In this document: one piece after another, positions 58,413 to 64,000 of the stretch
Layout of the letters: each line of letters opens with the position of its first letter
How positions within the stretch are numbered: the stretch's first letter is position 1
Assembly (NCBI GenBank): GCA_000435515.1
Contig: FR884184.1
Coordinates: 18,941 to 82,940 of the forward strand
Length of the DNA: 64,000 nucleotides
Direction: 5' to 3'
Source: Firmicutes bacterium CAG:582
GTDB lineage: Bacteria; Bacillota_I; Bacilli_A; RF39; UBA660
Program-made: the position numbers and the translations under genes
The notes under the pieces: generated by a model
The model's database searches: none
The model's input: the letters and a program-made list of their open reading frames with translations, nothing else
Told to the model about the DNA's origin: nothing

Positions 58413-60179
58413 TTATTGCTTTTGAACGGGTTTCCAACGGAATAATACATCACAGTTAGAAGAATATGGTGCCGGATTTGGCATATCCATTTTTACGATT
58501 ACAGGTATTTTAAATGCTGAACCAAAGGCCACCATAGTACCACTTTGCAAACTTGTAAGTTTTTCAATAATATCTCCACTTATATTTGGAAGCATTTTAT
58601 TAATGTAATCTAAGTCTCTAGGATGAGTCATTTTTAAAATACAGAAATTACTTGTTTGGGCAATAACAGTTTCTGATATTTCAACTGGACGTTGACTTAC
58701 TAAGTCAAGCATAACTCCGTATTTTCTTCCTTCTTTAGCTATACGTTCAAAGATATTATATCCTAAAAGAAAGTGGTCATTATCGTTAACTACATATCTA
58801 TGAGCCTCTTCTATAAACAAATGAAATGGAATAGCAGCACGTACTCTTCTCTTCTTAGCAAAATCAAAAATCATTTTAGAAAATATTTTTACAATAGTTT
58901 TAGCTAAGTTATCATCAACATCTTCAAGGTTTATATTAATTATTTGACTACGTCTATTATTATGTATTATTAAGGATGAAATATAGTTGTCTATTGTTAT
59001 ATATTCTTTGAATGAGAAAAACTTTCTATTAGATGAGTTATTCAATGAATGTAATCTAACTTGCATAATAACAGCATTGTCTTGCATAATTCTATTTCCT
59101 AAGAAACCATCTCCGATTAATGTAAATGATAAGGCTCTTTCAAGATCATCTAAAGTGTAAAAAGCATCTGTTGGTACATCTATTTTGCTTTCTAATTCAT
59201 CATCTATAAATTTAAGTAAATATTCATTTATAAGTACTGATTCTCCAAACTCACCATTACGGTCTATTCCAAAACATTCACTGAATTTACGTGTATAACC
59301 AATTCCTTGAATATCTGTATTAACATTAAACTCTGGAGTTGAACAATCATTTATTATTGTGAATATATCATTTTTTTTACCTGCAGCATTTTGATTTGAA
59401 AATAACACTGACATTATAGCTTTCGCTATTAAATGATTCTTTAATTTTTTTGTTTCTTCGTCATCTTTAGAAAATAATTTTGCAAGTTTTAACATTCGTT
59501 CTACTATTGTATATTGATGATGATTATCTGCTTGTAAAAGTAAACAAATGTCATCAATGGTTAGTAAAAATACAGGAATATTTAATTGAACATCATCCGG
59601 ATCTATTGGGTTTGATGTTATAAATTTATATTGATAATTTGGATTTATTTGATTTAGCACTTTGAAAGCATTTTTATATTCACCATATGCATCAAATATA
59701 AATAAATTAGCGTTGTATGATAAAAATTGTTTATTTAAAAAGATATTTTGGACAATTCTTGCAACTGAACAACTTTTACCAGAACCGGTATTACCAAATA
59801 TAGCAGCATGGTTTGAAAAGAACTGATTAATGTCAATGTAGACATTTTTTTCTGGATAAATTGCCGAATGACCAAGATATAAACTTTTTTCGTCATCTTT
59901 TCCAAGTATAATATTTAATTCATCATCATTTATAACTCGCACCTTACTATCAAGTGTAGGTTTTTTTATAGTACCAGCAATGAAACGATTTTCAACAAAT
60001 TGACCAAGCAAGTCGATGTGTACAGTTTCAGTATCAACTTTCTTAACTTCACCTAATAACTTATCTTTGTCATTTTCAAAAACAACATGCAAATTCATTA
60101 AATTTGGTACAACCATGTTACTTTTATTGATATCTACAACGGCTGTAATATCATCTATATATCGTATTTTTCCAAACAT
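58413..60179 (-). CDS. HerA/FtsK-superfamily (DUF87-type) ATPase with N-terminal HAS-barrel
   Basis: Walker A AIFGNTGSGKSCS. About 320-aa helical insert. Walker B / sensor HLFIEEAHRYV and EGRKYGVMLDLVSQRP are typical of HerA/DUF87. N-terminal beta-barrel-like region. Confidence 0.7.
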   Translation of the reverse strand: MFGKIRYIDDITAVVDINKSNMVVPNLMNLHVVFENDKDKLLGEVKKVDTETVHIDLLGQFVENRFIAGTIKKPTLDSKVRVINDDELNIILGKDDEKSLYLGHSAIYPEKNVYIDINQFFSNHAAIFGNTGSGKSCSVARIVQNIFLNKQFLSYNANLFIFDAYGEYKNAFKVLNQINPNYQYKFITSNPIDPDDVQLNIPVFLLTIDDICLLLQADNHHQYTIVERMLKLAKLFSKDDEETKKLKNHLIAKAIMSVLFSNQNAAGKKNDIFTIINDCSTPEFNVNTDIQGIGYTRKFSECFGIDRNGEFGESVLINEYLLKFIDDELESKIDVPTDAFYTLDDLERALSFTLIGDGFLGNRIMQDNAVIMQVRLHSLNNSSNRKFFSFKEYITIDNYISSLIIHNNRRSQIININLEDVDDNLAKTIVKIFSKMIFDFAKKRRVRAAIPFHLFIEEAHRYVVNDNDHFLLGYNIFERIAKEGRKYGVMLDLVSQRPVEISETVIAQTSNFCILKMTHPRDLDYINKMLPNISGDIIEKLTSLQSGTMVAFGSAFKIPVIVKMDMPNPAPYSSNCDVLFRWKPVQKQ

Positions 60180-60222
60180 TTATAACCAACCTCTTATTCT
60201 ATTATCAATTATATCATAAAAT

Positions 60223-61464
60223 TTATTCAATTCCATCATTTACTTCAATAAATGAAAAGTCTGACTCATTAAACTCAATATTTGGGTTATTTGTATAAAT
60301 AGTAAATAAAACATCATCTTTTTCGACGTCTTCACCTACATATTTATTAAGCATAATTCCGACTGTGTAATCAATTTCATCATCTAAAGTTTTTTTTGAA
60401 GCTCCCAGTTTAGCAGCAAGTTCACCTGCTCCATAAGCGTCTATTCTAGTAATTATTCCGCTTTTTTTAGAATGAACCTTTATTTTGTTATCAGCTACAT
60501 GAACATTTCTTAGACTTCCTCCTTGAGCATGAACGAATTCATAAAATTTATTTAAAGCACGTTTAGATTCAATTGCATATTTTGCTTGTTTATATCCTTC
60601 TTCTAAACCAGAAGAGAAAGTCATATCATATAAATTAGCAACGATTTCGATACAAGCGTCATATAAAGGACATTTTTTACCATTTAAAACATTCATTGCT
60701 TCACATATTTCTAATGAATTTCCGATTGCGTATGAAAGAGGTGCACTCATATCTCCAATAACTGTTCTGACGTTTCTATTATAGGCTTCACCGATTTCAA
60801 CTAAATACTTACTTAATTTTTCAGCGTCTTCACGAGTTTTCATTAAAGCTCCACTTCCAACTTTAACATCAATTAAAATATTTTTTGCACCTAAAGCTAA
60901 TTTTTTTGACATGATGCTTGATGCAATTAAAGGAATTGATTCAGTTGTTCCAGTAACATCTCTAAGAGCATATATAACTTTGTCAAGCGGTGTTAAATTT
61001 CTTGTTTGAGAAACAACTGCAAAACCAGTTTCTTCAACTTGTTTTATAAATTCTTCTTCTGATAAAGCAACATTAAAACCAGGAATGCTTTCTAGTTTAT
61101 CAATCGTTCCACCAGTTATTCCTAATCCTCTTCCACTCATCTTGGCCATTTTCATGCCTAATGATGCACACATTGGGCCAATTATTATAGTAGTAGTGTC
61201 TCCTATTCCTCCAGTTGAATGCTTATCAACTAAATTTTCTATCTTTTCACCCAAATGAAGCTCATCTCCACTTTTTAAGAATATATCTGTCAAAGCAAGA
61301 GTCTCAGTAAAATTCATACCATTGATCACTATCGCCATTAAAAGAGCACTCATTTGATAATCAGGTATTTCCTTGTTTAAGTATCCATTAAATGCAAATG
61401 AAAGTTCATCATAACTTAAACTTAAACCATTTTTCTTTCTTGTTATAATATCTAAAATATTCAT
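60223..61464 (-). CDS. pdp: pyrimidine-nucleoside (thymidine) phosphorylase
   Basis: HSTGGIGDTTT, MSGRGLGITGGTIDKLESIPGF. Start taken at MNILDIITRK with AGGTGA SD; the track extension to 61527 has no SD. Confidence 0.9.
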   Translation of the reverse strand: MNILDIITRKKNGLSLSYDELSFAFNGYLNKEIPDYQMSALLMAIVINGMNFTETLALTDIFLKSGDELHLGEKIENLVDKHSTGGIGDTTTIIIGPMCASLGMKMAKMSGRGLGITGGTIDKLESIPGFNVALSEEEFIKQVEETGFAVVSQTRNLTPLDKVIYALRDVTGTTESIPLIASSIMSKKLALGAKNILIDVKVGSGALMKTREDAEKLSKYLVEIGEAYNRNVRTVIGDMSAPLSYAIGNSLEICEAMNVLNGKKCPLYDACIEIVANLYDMTFSSGLEEGYKQAKYAIESKRALNKFYEFVHAQGGSLRNVHVADNKIKVHSKKSGIITRIDAYGAGELAAKLGASKKTLDDEIDYTVGIMLNKYVGEDVEKDDVLFTIYTNNPNIEFNESDFSFIEVNDGIE

Positions 61465-61520
61465 CGTATCACCTACTATAAAAAGTATAACACAAAAAAA
61501 CACTTTATTAAAAGTGCTTT

Positions 61521-62654
61521 TTACCACATATCAGTAGTTATTCCGTCCCTGTTTGGATAGATATCACTCATCTCAATCACATACGTTAAATTTGGGTCGT
61601 TAACAATTCCTTTATATCTTTCATATGTATATACTTTTAATTTTGGTGGTAGGGATTCGGCTGTATAAATTGTAGTATCCGATATTCCAATAATTAAAGC
61701 TGCATGTCCGTTTCTTGCAATAAAATCACCAACTTTGTAATTACCTCTTTTCATATATTCTTGAGTAATTTTTTTGTGTGGACCAAGATCGGAAAGGTCG
61801 TCATTGAATTGTTTGTAATCTCCAGCACCTACATCCCCAGTTTCAAAACCGCCATTATACATTGCCCATGTAACAAAACCAGAACAGGTAAAACCATTAG
61901 CTTTATATCTATTAACAAAATTGTCATATAATTTGCATCCTCACATTTTCGGTCCAGTTTTCGTACTTTTTACAATGTTTTTATATTTACTTTTACTTAG
62001 ATATAGTCCTTTATGATAATATCTACCTTCTCCATCGATATATGGACGATATCCATGACCATTAAGACGCCCATTTTCATTAAAATAACCAATTGTGTAT
62101 GGAAATTCCAAAGTTAAAAATCTTGCAGCAGCTAACACTCCACCACGCGAACCTTCTCCCATTTCTTTTACACGAGATTCTAATATTTTATCTAAAAGTA
62201 TAGCCTCATCTTCTGTATATCTTTCACATGGTAAATATGATTTATTTTTATTTAAAGTTGGTGGAACAATTAAATCGGTTACTTGTATTTGATAATTTTT
62301 AGTGTTACCATCGGTTAAAGTTGCTGTTATAGTTGATGTACCAACACCAATGCCATATAAGATACCATTCTCGATTTTAACAACGTTTTCGTTATCGCTG
62401 GTTAAATTAACGGTTTTATCAAAATCGTCAGGATAGTCAAAAATAAAATCTATTTTTTTCTTACCATTCAACGCTAAAAAATAAGTTTCTAATTTATCAA
62501 GAGAAGACGAAAACGTTCCCTTAAGTTTTTTTTCTTCTTTTTTGGTTATTATTAACTCACGACTGCTAGTCTTTTTCTTATCAAATGGGGAAATTAAAAT
62601 TATATTTAGAGTTATGCACATAATAATAAATATTATAATACCTCTTTTTTTCAT
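61521..62654 (-). pseudogene. NlpC/P60-family cell-wall peptidase with signal peptide and Big_2 domain, interrupted by an in-frame TGA at 61941..61943
   Basis: Upstream ORF (signal peptide, Ig-like VKIENGILYGIGVGTSTITATL) ends ...TGPKM-TGA. The frame continues GCKLYDNFVNRYKANGFTCSGFVTWAMYNGG (catalytic Cys motif), then ...GHAALIIG (His). Single stop, no frameshift. Confidence 0.6.
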
Positions 62655-62721
62655 ATATCAAACTCACCTATCATAATGATTATATAATATATTTTTCTAT
62701 AATAAAAGAAATATTAACAAT

Positions 62722-63780
62722 TTAATACTTCTTTCTTAAAACTTTTTGAAGATGAGACTCTAATTCGTAAAGCTCATTTAAATGTGTTTTATGAAAATCT
62801 TTATATGTGTCCACAGCTTCGATGCAGCCATAATTTCTTCTTGCTAGTTTTATCTCTTTATCAAACAATGATTCCGGATAGTCATAATTTTCACTTATTT
62901 TTTGGATGCCAAATTCATCACATATATGATTATTTTGTTTTATATAAGGCATAAAACATATATCACGTTCATCTCTTAGTAATTTAGAAAATCCGCAATC
63001 TTGTGGTAAAAACAAATCACGAGTAGCTTGAGTATAAATTTCACCATTATAGGCATCAAGCATAAGTGTTGCTCCATTAAAGTTTGCACGTGATATAAGA
63101 TGATTTCCTTCTCTGATACTGCCTAAAGAAGTAATTTTTTTCATATGTTCATTTCTTATATTTGTTGCCGAAACAGCTTTGACAACTTTTTCACGCATAC
63201 CACTTGAAAGTTTAAATGAACTTAATACTTCCATAATTTTCATTATTTGTTCTTTTTGCTCTTTACTTTCCAATATATTAAAGAAACCTAAACATACATC
63301 ACTTTCATATCCCATCATATAATAAATTTTTTGTAATAACATAGAAATATGACGGCATACACCATGACCATTTAACGCAAGAGGGCCCATTATTTCTTTT
63401 TCAATTAAGTATGAGTTTACTTCATAGTGGTCAAGTTTATCATACGAAAAAATACCATAATCATACATGAAATAAATCAAAAAATATATATCCAAAGGAT
63501 TTTTTACATTCATATCACTTGCTAAATTTATTAAACTTTTAATATATTCCTCATATATTTCCTTTATAGCTACAATATCATGATCTTTTTGCACTATTTT
63601 TGTTTCTAAATCATCTTTCAAAAATAGATATGGCACAAATGATAAAAGAAATACAGCAAGTCCTGGTGCGATGTAAATACTACCTAATAAAGAAGCCCCT
63701 TCTATTGCTATGGTTGAGCCTGTAATTTTTTTCTTAAGTTCTAGTAATTCTTCATAAGAATAATCATCTATTTTTTTCAT
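62722..63780 (-). CDS. hypothetical protein (possible transglutaminase-like Cys-protease fold, weak)
   Basis: 352-aa ORF. The GHGVCRHISMLL segment is reminiscent of the transglutaminase-like catalytic Cys context. N-terminal hydrophobic segment. Confidence 0.45.
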   Translation of the reverse strand: MKKIDDYSYEELLELKKKITGSTIAIEGASLLGSIYIAPGLAVFLLSFVPYLFLKDDLETKIVQKDHDIVAIKEIYEEYIKSLINLASDMNVKNPLDIYFLIYFMYDYGIFSYDKLDHYEVNSYLIEKEIMGPLALNGHGVCRHISMLLQKIYYMMGYESDVCLGFFNILESKEQKEQIMKIMEVLSSFKLSSGMREKVVKAVSATNIRNEHMKKITSLGSIREGNHLISRANFNGATLMLDAYNGEIYTQATRDLFLPQDCGFSKLLRDERDICFMPYIKQNNHICDEFGIQKISENYDYPESLFDKEIKLARRNYGCIEAVDTYKDFHKTHLNELYELESHLQKVLRKKY

Positions 63781-64000
63781 GTTTACCTCTTTCTAAATAT
63801 CATGATACAAATCCACTTTATTGAATTTTCATCCAGTTATGACTTTTTTCAGCTTTTTTATGGCGAAGCTTTTTAAACGGCCTTTATATTATCATAACCA
63901 AACAAAAAAAGCAAATTTAACTATTGGAAAGATAAAAATTAAAATTTCAACTAAAAAATGGTAATATTTATTTTACCTTAAGGTAGTGAAGTTTATTTAG

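Noticed and set aside
61941-61943. In-frame TGA as evidence for genetic code 4 (TGA = Trp, Mollicutes-like) or selenocysteine
   Set aside because: All other genes in the window, including rpsB, tsf, ponA, uvrC and relA, terminate normally and have no internal TGA, and several end with TGA. No SECIS-like hairpin follows this codon.
1-64000. CRISPR arrays, tRNA/rRNA genes, IS elements and prophage
   Set aside because: No regularly spaced direct repeats, no cloverleaf-compatible GC-rich segments of about 75 nt, and no transposase or phage structural genes were seen. The only GC-rich non-coding island is the candidate ncRNA at 57782..57940.

Overview
This 64 kb window comes from a very AT-rich (roughly 27% GC), cell-walled low-GC Gram-positive (Bacillota-type) chromosome that uses the standard genetic code. 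Most of it is core housekeeping sequence. Recognisable genes include gatB (3' part), two RelA/SpoT paralogs, rpsB-tsf, a PilB/GspE-like ATPase, recU-ponA, engB, a type IV (pseudo)pilin, der, a TrmH-family methylase, rimM-trmD, tig, a SpoVB/MurJ-like flippase, relA-dtd, uvrC, a class B PBP, rpmG, efp, zupT, xerD, rarA, gpsA, tcdA and pdp. Several lineage-specific or unusual elements are embedded in this backbone.

The most striking is a family of three large paralogous minus-strand genes of 620, 764 and 1088 aa that flank xerD-rarA-gpsA. They share a conserved N-terminal domain and carry several segments whose residue pattern resembles sigma-70 region 4 helix-turn-helix units. The largest carries five tandem modules of about 113 aa in an alternating A-B-A-B-A' arrangement. 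Two of the three genes end inside near-identical bidirectional terminator hairpins.

Other notable points:
- A HerA/FtsK-superfamily (DUF87) ATPase and a small unknown gene are wedged between pdp and tcdA.
- A GC-rich candidate structured RNA of about 160 nt, possibly 6S-like, lies next to that pair.
- A secreted, internally duplicated glycine-rich-domain protein sits behind a promoter whose -35/-10 spacer contains a G8 homopolymer, suggesting phase variation.
- A second poly-G tract (G11) with a 24-bp tandem duplication precedes rpsB.
- The RelA/SpoT function appears split between a hydrolase-type and a synthetase-type paralog.
- The PilB-like ATPase carries tandem 25-aa N-terminal repeats and a roughly 350-aa acidic tail.
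- An NlpC/P60 peptidase gene is interrupted by an in-frame TGA.
- A 32-bp direct repeat containing a terminator flanks a roughly 0.9 kb inserted gene.

No tRNA, rRNA, CRISPR array, IS element or obvious prophage was seen.
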